DNA of 64,000 nt. Source: Bacteroidales bacterium (GTDB taxonomy: Bacteria > Bacteroidota > Bacteroidia > Bacteroidales > UBA932). The notes under the pieces are model-generated. The model was not told the origin of the DNA, did not search any database, and was given only the letters and a program-made list of their open reading frames with translations. The position numbers and the translations under genes were made by a program. The number at the start of each line of letters is the position of its first letter. Positions within the stretch are counted from its first letter, which is position 1. Positions 9,382-17,836 of this stretch are shown here, piece after piece. Location: assembly GCA_017474265.1 (NCBI GenBank), contig JAFVHZ010000103.1, forward strand, positions 614 to 64,613, given 5' to 3'.

Positions 9382-10755
9382 ATGATAAAGACCAGTTACT
9401 ATAAGGATCTGACGAAGATGAACACCTTCGGAATGAAGGTGAAGGCGAGGTGTTTCATGGAGTATGATTCCGTGGCGGACCTTGTGGATATCGAGTTTGC
9501 GGAACTGGCCCGTCCGGTGCTTCATATCGGCGGGGGCAGCAATCTTCTGTTTACCGATGATTTCAAGGGTACTGTCCTGCATTCGAAGATCAACTTCATT
9601 GAAATATTGGACGAGTGCCAATGTACTCCAGTGGCCCCCTCCCACTCCGTGGGCCCCTCCCCCTACCCGGGGGTGGGAAAATGCCACTTCCGCACAAATG
9701 GCACGTCGTCCGAAGATGTCGATTCTTCGGATTCAGGACATGAAAACGCACCGGAGGTTGTGCTGGTGTCAGTAGGTGCGGGAGTCGTATTCGATGATTT
9801 CTGCGACTGGGCGGCGAAGGAAGGATTGTGGGGTGTGGAGAACCTTTCGTATATTCCTGGAGAGGTGGGTGCTTCTGCCGTGCAGAATATCGGTGCCTAT
9901 GGCGTTGAGGTGAAGGATGTGATCCATAGGGTTTATTGCTACGATACTGTTGAGGAAGAGTTTGTGAATTTCGATGTTTCCGAATGTGATTACGGTTATC
10001 GTCATTCCATTTTCAAGACTCCGGAGGTCAAGGGCAGGTATATCGTGACTCATGTGGTGTTTGCACTGTCGCGTGAGCCGAGGCCACGGCTCGATTACGG
10101 GCATCTGCGTGATGCGGTCTTGTCGGCTTTGCCTGCTGACAGCATCACGGAAACTGAATCCCTCCCATCGCGGGGCGATGGTCCCCTCCCGTTCACGAGG
10201 CCATGGGCGGCCACGGTTTCCGCTGATGCCGCTCAGCAGGCAAAGCCTACGATAGAGGGCACTCCTACCCATTCTGATACGTCCTCCGACCGTCATTTCG
10301 AGCAGAGCGTTAGCGGAGACGAGAAATCTTTGACTAAAGTGTTGACGCCGGCGTTGATCAGGAAGGTGATAATCAGGATCAGGAAGGAGAAGCTGCCGGA
10401 GCCGTCTGTTGTGGGCAGTGCGGGAAGTTTCTTCAAGAATCCGGTGGTGTCTGCCGAGCATTTTGCCCGTATCGAGGCTGCTGCGAAGGCGGAGCATGGC
10501 ACGGATTATAATGTGCCGCATTATGATTTGCTAGGCGGAGCGGTCAAGATTCCGGCTGCATGGATGATAGAGCAGTGCGGATGGAAGGGTCGCAGGAGCG
10601 GAGGGGCTGCGGTGTGGGAAAAGCAGCCGCTGGTTATCGTCAATTATACCGGCGAGGCCTATCCTGAAGAGATCGTCGGCCTTGAGAAGCGTATCATTGC
10701 CTCCGTCAAGGCTAAGTTCGGTGTCGAACTGCATCCGGAAGTGGAACATGTCTAG
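9382..10755 (+). CDS. murB: UDP-N-acetylenolpyruvoylglucosamine reductase carrying two large in-frame insertions
   Basis: NTFGM, GGGSNLL, ENLSYIPGEVGASAVQNIGAYG, YGYRHSIFK, GSAGSFFKNP, AAWMIEQCGWKG and LHPEV motifs. At 457 aa it is far longer than the usual ~340 aa. Confidence 0.95.
   Translation: MIKTSYYKDLTKMNTFGMKVKARCFMEYDSVADLVDIEFAELARPVLHIGGGSNLLFTDDFKGTVLHSKINFIEILDECQCTPVAPSHSVGPSPYPGVGKCHFRTNGTSSEDVDSSDSGHENAPEVVLVSVGAGVVFDDFCDWAAKEGLWGVENLSYIPGEVGASAVQNIGAYGVEVKDVIHRVYCYDTVEEEFVNFDVSECDYGYRHSIFKTPEVKGRYIVTHVVFALSREPRPRLDYGHLRDAVLSALPADSITETESLPSRGDGPLPFTRPWAATVSADAAQQAKPTIEGTPTHSDTSSDRHFEQSVSGDEKSLTKVLTPALIRKVIIRIRKEKLPEPSVVGSAGSFFKNPVVSAEHFARIEAAAKAEHGTDYNVPHYDLLGGAVKIPAAWMIEQCGWKGRRSGGAAVWEKQPLVIVNYTGEAYPEEIVGLEKRIIASVKAKFGVELHPEVEHV
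9607..9713. repeat. Branched palindromic element (family B, copy 1), in frame inside murB
   Basis: Arms GGACGA-GTGCCA..AGTGGC / GCCACT..TGGCAC-G-TCGTCC enclose the head CCCCTC-CCAC-TCC-GTGG-GCCCCT-CCCCC-TACCC-GGGGGTG. Confidence 0.8.
10125..10247. repeat. Branched palindromic element (family B, copy 2), in frame inside murB
   Basis: Perfect 15-bp arms GGCTTTGCCTGCTGA/TCAGCAGGCAAAGCC plus inner GCATCA-CGGAAACTG/CGGTTTCCG-C-TGATGC. Head CCCTC-CCATCGC-GGG-GCGATGG-TCCCCTCCC. Length 123 bp = 41 codons. Confidence 0.82.
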
Positions 10756-10892
10756 TTTGCGTGATGCGTAACTTGCTGGTTGTCAGAAAGATAAATTGTT
10801 TTGTCCCGCATGTCGGGGATGGCAGGGTAAGTGATGTAATGCTTTGATTTGTAGGTTTTTATGAATCATGGTAAACGATAGATAGGCCAGAT

Positions 10893-11645
10893 ATGGAATA
10901 CGATGTTTTCATAAGTTGTTCAAGCAAGTACCAGAGGTTTGTTGAGGCGATGTGTGCCTGCTTTGTCCTGAATATCAAGGGGGTCGAGTATCCTATGGTA
11001 TTCGTCGAGGGCGGCACCTTCGATATGGGAGCCACCTCGGAGCAGGGCAGTGATGCGTGGTCGAATGAGGAACCTGTTCATGAGGTTACTTTGAGCAGTT
11101 ACCATATAGGAAAGTATGAAGTGACCCAGGATCTTTGGGAAGCAGTGATGGGCAGCAACCCGAGCAGTTTCACGGGAGTGCGCAGGCCGGTGGAGGGAGT
11201 TTCATGGGACGACTGTCAGGAGTTCATCCGCAAGTTGAACTCACTCACCGGACAGAACTTCCGTCTTCCGACAGAGGCTGAATGGGAGTTCGCTGCCAGA
11301 GGAGGCAAGAGCAATGGCTATAAGTATAGTGGCAGCAGCATGATCGATGATGTGGCATGGTACGATGACAATAGCGGTTATACCACACACAATGTCGGAA
11401 CAAAGTCACCCAATGAACTTGGTATCTATGATATGAGCGGTAATGTATGGGAATGGTGCAATGACTGGTCTGGGGAATACAGAAGTTCTTCTCAAACCGA
11501 TCCGAAAGGTCCGGACAGCGGGTCCCTTCGCGTCCTCCGTGGCGGCAGTTGGGGTAGCCTGGCGGGGTACTGCCGTGTCTCCTTCCGTTTCGACAACGCT
11601 CCGGATTACCGCTACGGCAACCTCGGCCTTCGTCTCTGTCTTTAG
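10893..11645 (+). CDS. Formylglycine-generating-enzyme (SUMF1/CLec-fold) domain protein with N-terminal TIR remnant; candidate DGR target
   Basis: FGE-sulfatase motifs GGTFDMG, YEVTQ, RPVEGVSWDDC, RLPTEAEWEFAARGG, NELGIYDMSGNVWEWC, RVLRGGSW, GLRL. The N-terminus YDVFISCSS resembles the first TIR strand. Confidence 0.88.
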   Translation: MEYDVFISCSSKYQRFVEAMCACFVLNIKGVEYPMVFVEGGTFDMGATSEQGSDAWSNEEPVHEVTLSSYHIGKYEVTQDLWEAVMGSNPSSFTGVRRPVEGVSWDDCQEFIRKLNSLTGQNFRLPTEAEWEFAARGGKSNGYKYSGSSMIDDVAWYDDNSGYTTHNVGTKSPNELGIYDMSGNVWEWCNDWSGEYRSSSQTDPKGPDSGSLRVLRGGSWGSLAGYCRVSFRFDNAPDYRYGNLGLRLCL

Positions 11646-11714
11646 TTCTTCCTTCAGAAAACACATGACATCCAGGAAAATCCAAAATTTACAAGATAAA
11701 CGAAACAAGAATAT

Positions 11715-13028
11715 ATGAGTTCATTTATAGTAGAGGGCGGGCATAGGCTCAGCGGAACGATAAGGCCACAGGGGGCCAAGAATGAGGCGCTGCAGATCAT
11801 CAGTGCGGTGCTTCTGACGAAAGAGGAAGTCAGGATTTCCAATATTCCGGAGATTCTGGACATCAAGAACCTCATACTCCTTCTGGAAGGGATGGGTGTG
11901 AAGGTGACCCGTCACGACAAGGGAGTCTATACGTTCAAGGCTGATGAGATCGATACCGATTACGTCATGAGCCCGGACTTCGTGTCGAAATGTGCCAAAC
12001 TCCGTGGGTCAGTGATGGTGGTGGGACCTCTTCTGGCACGCTTCGGCAAGGCATATTTTCCAAAGCCGGGCGGAGATCAGATCGGTCGCCGCAGGGTAGA
12101 TACGCATATTCTCGGATTCATGAATCTCGGTGCAGAGCAGGAGTATGATACCAACAGAAAGGCTTTCTATCTGCATGTTCCTGAAGGAAGGACTCTTGAA
12201 GGAAAGTACATGCTTCTTGATGAGGCGTCCGTGACAGGAACCGCTAACATTGTGATGGCAGCATGTCTGGCAAAGGGAGAGACGACAATATATAATGCAG
12301 CCTGCGAGCCGTACCTCCAGCAACTCTGCCGTATGCTTGTCAGGATGGGTGCAAAGATAGAAGGCATCGGCTCTAACCTTTTGAAGATCACTGGCGTGGA
12401 AGTCCTTGGAGGAACAGAACATACGATTCTTCCGGATATGATCGAGATCGGATCGTTCATAGCGCTGGCAGCAATGAACCGCAGTTCGATAACCATCAAG
12501 GATGTGGCCTACGATGAACTGGGAATGATTCCGGAGGCCTTCCGCAGACTAGGTATCAATCTCGAGCGCAGAGGGGATGACATCTTCATTCCTGAGCAGG
12601 AAAGTTATGTGATAGACTCATTCCTTGACGGGTCCATACTGCATGTGGCGGATGCTCCATGGCCGGGACTTTCTCCTGACCTTCTGAGTGTGATGCTTGT
12701 GACTGCCACCCAGTGCAGGGGCAGCGTGCTGATTCATCAGAAGATGTTCGAAAGCCGCCTCTTCTTTGTGGACAAACTCATTGACATGGGGGCCCAAATC
12801 ATTCTTTGCGATCCGCACAGGGCTGTAGTCATAGGCCATGATCACAGATATCAGTTGCGTGCCGGAAACATGGCCTCTCCGGATATCCGTGCAGGTATCG
12901 CTCTGCTTATCGCAGCCATGTCGGCAAAAGGCACGAGCGTGATAAGCAATATCGAGCAGATAGACCGCGGATATGAGGATATCGACATACGTCTCAACGC
13001 CCTCGGTGCAAAAATAACAAGACAATAA
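11715..13028 (+). CDS. murA: UDP-N-acetylglucosamine 1-carboxyvinyltransferase
   Basis: GAKNEAL, PGGDQIGRR (Asp in place of the usual Cys, as is common in Bacteroidetes), SVTGTANI, DIRAG, IDRGYE. Confidence 0.96.
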   Translation: MSSFIVEGGHRLSGTIRPQGAKNEALQIISAVLLTKEEVRISNIPEILDIKNLILLLEGMGVKVTRHDKGVYTFKADEIDTDYVMSPDFVSKCAKLRGSVMVVGPLLARFGKAYFPKPGGDQIGRRRVDTHILGFMNLGAEQEYDTNRKAFYLHVPEGRTLEGKYMLLDEASVTGTANIVMAACLAKGETTIYNAACEPYLQQLCRMLVRMGAKIEGIGSNLLKITGVEVLGGTEHTILPDMIEIGSFIALAAMNRSSITIKDVAYDELGMIPEAFRRLGINLERRGDDIFIPEQESYVIDSFLDGSILHVADAPWPGLSPDLLSVMLVTATQCRGSVLIHQKMFESRLFFVDKLIDMGAQIILCDPHRAVVIGHDHRYQLRAGNMASPDIRAGIALLIAAMSAKGTSVISNIEQIDRGYEDIDIRLNALGAKITRQ

Positions 13029-13091
13029 TCACAGACGACTGATAGAAATTTCCCATGACTGCGCTCTTTACAGGACTTATAGAACGCAATC

Positions 13092-14177
13092 ATGGGAAAT
13101 ATTTCTGTCAACATCACTGAACTGAGACATCTTCTTGATGTCACACCGGCCTCTCACAACATCATGCTGGTGGGTAATCACGGTATCGGAAAGTCCGAGA
13201 TCCTGACATCTTTCTTTTCGGCGAAAGGTCTACCTGTAACGGTTCTTTTCCTTGGTCAGATGAGCGATCCTGGCGATATAATAGGCCTTCCTTCCAAGGA
13301 TGAGGCCACCGGAAAGACCGTGTTCATGCCGCCGTACTGGTTCCCTACAGACGGGAAGCCTATAGTCCTTTTCCTCGACGAACTGAACCGTGCCCGTCCC
13401 GAGATACTTCAGACGGTCATGGATCTTGCCCTCAACCGCAAACTTGCCGGAAGGAGACTTCCGGAGGGAAGCCGTATCATAGCGGCTGTGAATCAGGGAG
13501 ACCAGTACCAGTTGACCGATCTTGACCCGGCGCTTGTGTCCAGATTCAATATCGTGAATTTCAAGCCGACAGTGGCAGAGTGGCTTCTGTGGGCTCAGAA
13601 GGAGGGCGTGGACCAGCGTGTGATAGACTTCATCAGTGCCAACAGACTCTGGCTTGACAAGGATCCTGATGCAAAGGCAGGAGAAGATACCGGTCTTGAC
13701 AAGACTCCTGACCGCAGGGCTTGGAAGAGAGTGTCCGACGTGATTGTAAGGTCCCATAAACTTACTGCGTCTGACGGCAAGGTCATTGCGAGCATTGTGG
13801 GAGGAAAGGCTGCGTCAATGTTCCTTGCCAGCATTTCATCAAAGAAGATACTTTCAGGAGAAGAGGTGCTTCAGCGTTTTGCCGACCAGAAGGTGCAGAA
13901 TGAACTGAAATCATACCAACTCCATCAGTTGTCATCTGTCAATGAGGATGTGTACAGATATCTTGAGGTCGGCAACATCCCTTTGTCGTCAATTCCTACG
14001 GTGAGCCTTAATCTGGAGGCGTATTTCCGTTTTCTGACGAAGGAAAAGAAGGAGGCCGCAGCGCATTTCGCGAACATATATATACAGCAGACCTATCCTA
14101 AGGCAATCTATTTCATCGCAAGAGAGAGCCGTAGGATGACGACCCTGATGGTTGATTATATAAAGAACATCAAGTGA
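13092..14177 (+). CDS. MoxR/dynein-related AAA+ ATPase
   Basis: Walker A GNHGIGKS, Walker B LFLDELNRA, AAVN sensor and DPALVSRF arginine finger. Confidence 0.85.
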   Translation: MGNISVNITELRHLLDVTPASHNIMLVGNHGIGKSEILTSFFSAKGLPVTVLFLGQMSDPGDIIGLPSKDEATGKTVFMPPYWFPTDGKPIVLFLDELNRARPEILQTVMDLALNRKLAGRRLPEGSRIIAAVNQGDQYQLTDLDPALVSRFNIVNFKPTVAEWLLWAQKEGVDQRVIDFISANRLWLDKDPDAKAGEDTGLDKTPDRRAWKRVSDVIVRSHKLTASDGKVIASIVGGKAASMFLASISSKKILSGEEVLQRFADQKVQNELKSYQLHQLSSVNEDVYRYLEVGNIPLSSIPTVSLNLEAYFRFLTKEKKEAAAHFANIYIQQTYPKAIYFIARESRRMTTLMVDYIKNIK

Positions 14178-15385
14178 TCATGAAGGACAGGATAGAAAAG
14201 ATGTATGAAAGGTGGTTCATAATGGAACCGCCTCTTTTTCAGGTCCTGTGCCTTCACGAACTATGCGAGGAAACGCAGATGAAATGTGCCCTGCGCTGCG
14301 GCAGGAGAAGGCTGGAGTACAATCCTGCGTTGGTAGCATCCATGACGGATGCGCAGTTGGAGGAGGCGGTGAAGGCGGAGGCGATAAGAATGCTCCTGAA
14401 GCATCCGTATGACAGGGTCCCTGATCATTGCTGCATGCTTGCGGCGGCACTCGGAAGCAATGTTACCATATCGGACAATTATGCTTTCCATAATATTCCG
14501 ATGGAGAAGCCCGCGGATTTCAGACTCCCTCCGGAGCAGTATTATGAATGGTATTCGATGAAGATTCAGGAACTCTTGCCAAAGAAGGACCTGGAAGATA
14601 CTGAAAGCGGCACAGACGGTCAGTCAGCGGAGGCCGATGGCGATGGTGCTGGTGCTGGGGATGACAATGATACGGACGTAATGCCGTCTGATGAAAGGCA
14701 TGCTGACAAGCGTGGTGAGGAATTGATGAGCCTGGCGGAATTGTGGGAAGAAGACGAGTTCATGGTGAGTCAGATAAACCATGTGATCGAATCTGTCAGG
14801 GAATGGGGCAGTCTGCCGGGAAGTCTGAAACAGATCCTGAAGGCTTCCCTCAAAGCGAGGATAAACTGGAGGAACGTACTGGCCGGATTCAGGGCCAGCG
14901 TCCTGTCGTCCCATAGGAAACTGACCAGGATGAGACCCAACAGAAGGACAGGTTTTGCAGCAATGGGAAGTGTCAGGAAGTTCAATACCAGGCTTCTGAT
15001 CGCCGTGGATGTGTCCGGGTCTATAAGTGATGCGTCGTTGTCCAACTTCTTCGGAGTGGTGAACAGTGCTTTCAGATATGGCTTCGAGTCTGTCGATGTG
15101 CTTCAGTTCGATGATGGCATCCAGGGGGTGATGAGCCTGAACAAAGCGATTAAGAAGGTTGCTGTCCAGGGACGGGGCGGCACTTCGTTTCAGGAGCCCG
15201 TGGATTATGCCCATAAGCATGGATATGATGGGCTTGTCATCCTTACGGATGGCTGTGCGCAGAAGCCCGAGATTCCATTTGGCATGAGGACGAAGATCTT
15301 GTGGGCATGTGTCGACCGCAATGCCTATGAAGAGCATCGGGAGTGGATGGCAGGAATCGGACGTGTATGTGTAATTCAGATATGA
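14174..15385 (+). CDS. DUF2201-type protein: degenerate metallopeptidase-like N-domain plus C-terminal vWA domain
   Basis: MIDAS motif DVSGS, GRGGTSF and ILTDG; RPNRR motif; acidic linker. Overlaps the ATPase stop (GTGA); alternative ATG at 14180. Confidence 0.82.
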   Translation: MIMKDRIEKMYERWFIMEPPLFQVLCLHELCEETQMKCALRCGRRRLEYNPALVASMTDAQLEEAVKAEAIRMLLKHPYDRVPDHCCMLAAALGSNVTISDNYAFHNIPMEKPADFRLPPEQYYEWYSMKIQELLPKKDLEDTESGTDGQSAEADGDGAGAGDDNDTDVMPSDERHADKRGEELMSLAELWEEDEFMVSQINHVIESVREWGSLPGSLKQILKASLKARINWRNVLAGFRASVLSSHRKLTRMRPNRRTGFAAMGSVRKFNTRLLIAVDVSGSISDASLSNFFGVVNSAFRYGFESVDVLQFDDGIQGVMSLNKAIKKVAVQGRGGTSFQEPVDYAHKHGYDGLVILTDGCAQKPEIPFGMRTKILWACVDRNAYEEHREWMAGIGRVCVIQI

Positions 15386-15389
15386 TGAT

Positions 15390-15929
15390 ATGATGACAGA
15401 CAGGGACTATATTGCAAGGGGTATCAACCTGGTCGGCAATGCGATGCTGAGACTGGAGGAAAGAGGGGAGCACGCCTCTTTCTCGGAAGGCATGGCCTGG
15501 GCGAAGGAGTGGATTCAGGAGGCTTTTGAAACCGAACACGGATTCCGAAAGGGAGAATATCTTGTCCAGGAGATGACCCCGGAGGCCAAACGCAGGTTTG
15601 ACGAACTCATGACCAGAATTAATCCGGAACTGGAAGAGCGTATGGCCGGACTGCCGCTCAAGGTAAGGAAGAGGCTCATGACACGCCGTATCAATGCCCA
15701 GAATGCCGAGAGCGTCATAAACCTGTATCTCAGCGAGTCAGGCCTGAATTATTCCGTCAGCATGATGACCTACAAGGCGTCTGTGTATGTGAGCCTGGAC
15801 AAAAGGAAGACTGCGCGGTTCCATGTGTGCTACAGCAGAATCTATGACGACATGGACAAGATGATCGAAGCGGTAGAAGCACTGAAGGTGATCATAGAAG
15901 ATTTCGGTTCCGGCTTCAGTGTCCGATGA
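15390..15929 (+). CDS. Hypothetical protein, co-oriented with the AAA-vWA pair
   Basis: 179-aa ORF 4 bp after the vWA stop with genome-typical codon usage. Family not recognised. Confidence 0.7.
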   Translation: MMTDRDYIARGINLVGNAMLRLEERGEHASFSEGMAWAKEWIQEAFETEHGFRKGEYLVQEMTPEAKRRFDELMTRINPELEERMAGLPLKVRKRLMTRRINAQNAESVINLYLSESGLNYSVSMMTYKASVYVSLDKRKTARFHVCYSRIYDDMDKMIEAVEALKVIIEDFGSGFSVR

Positions 15930-15933
15930 CGGA

Positions 15934-16575
15934 CTATGCCTTACGGCGTATCATATTGAGCCCGTCGCGTAGAGGGATGATCACAGACTCCACGCGCGGG
16001 TCTTTCGATACCATGTCGTTGAAGGCGGCGATTCCGAGAGTCTGCTTGTCCTGAGGGAGGGGGTCCATGCAGACCTTTCCGTCCCATATCACGTTGTCAG
16101 CGAGGATGATGCCTCCCGGACGCACCATATCGAATATCAGTTCATAGTATTCGCAGTATTCGCGTTTGTTGGCATCGATGTATACAAGGTCATATGTGCG
16201 GCCTTCCTCACGGAACTTTTGCAGCGTTTCCTTGCAGTCTCCGATATGGATGTCGATTCTGTCAGCAAGTCCTGCCCTGTCGAAACCTTCCATGATGAGG
16301 TCTTCCAGTTCGTCGTTTATCTCGAGGGTGTCGAGGTGTCCGTCTTCCGGAAGGGCGGAGGCGAGGCATATGGCTGAGTATCCGGTGAAGGTTCCCAGTT
16401 CCAGGATGTCCCTTGCTCCGCTGATCTGTGCGATCATCCTCATCACCTGTCCTTGAACTGCCCCTGAAAGCATTCTCGGATGGTTCGTCCTTATATGGGT
16501 CTGCTTTTCCACCCATTCCAGGGCCTCAGACGGTGTCGTTGCGTGATCCTTTATGTACTGATAGATCTTTTCCAT
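15934..16575 (-). CDS. SAM-dependent O-methyltransferase (caffeoyl-CoA OMT-like)
   Basis: LELGTFTGYSA, DLVYIDANK and GGIILADNV. The start MEKIYQY at 16575 avoids overlap with the upstream gene. Confidence 0.9.
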   Translation of the reverse strand: MEKIYQYIKDHATTPSEALEWVEKQTHIRTNHPRMLSGAVQGQVMRMIAQISGARDILELGTFTGYSAICLASALPEDGHLDTLEINDELEDLIMEGFDRAGLADRIDIHIGDCKETLQKFREEGRTYDLVYIDANKREYCEYYELIFDMVRPGGIILADNVIWDGKVCMDPLPQDKQTLGIAAFNDMVSKDPRVESVIIPLRDGLNMIRRKA

Positions 16576-16579
16576 ATGA

Positions 16580-17833
16580 TCAGATGTAAATGAGTCTTGA
16601 AAGTATTCCTTTGTCAAATATCTTCTGCGCCATCTCCATAAGGTCTTCTGATGTGATGGCTTCGATGAGGGCCTTTGTTTCCTTGCCGCCTGTGATCTTT
16701 CCGTAAGCCAGAAGGCTTTTTCCCATGGAGAGACATTGTGTCTCGCCGTTGTCTCCGCTGATGGCCAGTTGTCCGAGCATCTGCTTCTTTGCGGCCTTCA
16801 GTTTCCTGTCTGAAAACCTGACGGTCTGCAGTTTCTGGATTTCCTTGTCTATGGCAATCAGACACTTGTCAAGGTTGTGCTTGTCGCAGCCGAGGCTTAT
16901 CGCCACCATTCCTGTATCCGAGAACTGGGTATAACCGCACTCCACTCCGTAGACCCATCCGTTCTTCTCGCGCAGAATCGAGTTGAGGATGGAGTTTGTG
17001 GCAGGACCTCCCAGGATGTTGCACAGAAGCACGGTGGCCAGACGCTCCCGTTCCTGATAGAGGGACGGTGCCAGACCTCCAATGACGCAGTTCGCCTGGT
17101 GGTTCCTCTTGCTGAGGGTGAGGTCGAACGGAATGGCTGCCGGAATGGCGTGGTTGCCGCGGGAGCATGGATATGTGCATTCAGGAAGACATCCCTGTGC
17201 GATGGTTCCAGGGAAATACTTTGCTGCGAGTTTCAATGCGTCGCGCTCCATCTTCTTCTCATCGATGTCCGCCACTACGGTGAAGGCCATTCTGCATGGG
17301 ACGAATTTTTCTCTGACGAACTTCAGGAGTTCTTCCGAGGTGATTTTCTTGACCGATGCCGCAGTGCCCAGGATCTGCCCGCTGAGGGGATGTCCGTCAA
17401 AGAGCATCTCCTCGAACTTGTCATAGATGTCTTCCGAAGGGGTGTCCTTGTAGGAATGGATTTCGTCGATCACCACACCCTTTTCGGTATTCACTTCATG
17501 CTCCGGGAAAGTGGGGCATGTCACGAGTTCAAACAGCAGGGAAGCAGCCTTGGGAAGGTCTTCCTTGAGGACTGTGGCATGGAAGACGATCTCTTCCTTG
17601 GTGGTGAATGCATTGAGTTCCCCGCCAAGTCTGTCGAGGTATCCGTTGATGACCGAAGCACTCCTGTGCTCGGTTCCCTTGAATATCGTATGTTCGGTGA
17701 AATGGGCTATTCCATTATGGTAGCCTGCTTCGTCTCTGGTACCGCATCTGACGCTAAGTGCGCAGTATCCGACGGCCGATCCGCTCTTCTTTACGGCATA
17801 ATGGAGGCCGCAGTCCGCTTTTCCGCTGATCAT
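16580..17833 (-). CDS. M16 family (pitrilysin/MPP-beta-like) zinc peptidase
   Basis: HFTEH (HxxEH), GGELNAFTTKE and LREKNGWVY. Confidence 0.9.
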   Translation of the reverse strand: MISGKADCGLHYAVKKSGSAVGYCALSVRCGTRDEAGYHNGIAHFTEHTIFKGTEHRSASVINGYLDRLGGELNAFTTKEEIVFHATVLKEDLPKAASLLFELVTCPTFPEHEVNTEKGVVIDEIHSYKDTPSEDIYDKFEEMLFDGHPLSGQILGTAASVKKITSEELLKFVREKFVPCRMAFTVVADIDEKKMERDALKLAAKYFPGTIAQGCLPECTYPCSRGNHAIPAAIPFDLTLSKRNHQANCVIGGLAPSLYQERERLATVLLCNILGGPATNSILNSILREKNGWVYGVECGYTQFSDTGMVAISLGCDKHNLDKCLIAIDKEIQKLQTVRFSDRKLKAAKKQMLGQLAISGDNGETQCLSMGKSLLAYGKITGGKETKALIEAITSEDLMEMAQKIFDKGILSRLIYI

Positions 17834-17836
17834 CTT

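Noticed and set aside
9607-10330. Intein or intron explanation for the murB inserts
   Set aside because: Too short, no C-terminal HN-C/S/T intein junction and no group I/II intron features; the match to intergenic palindromes explains them better.
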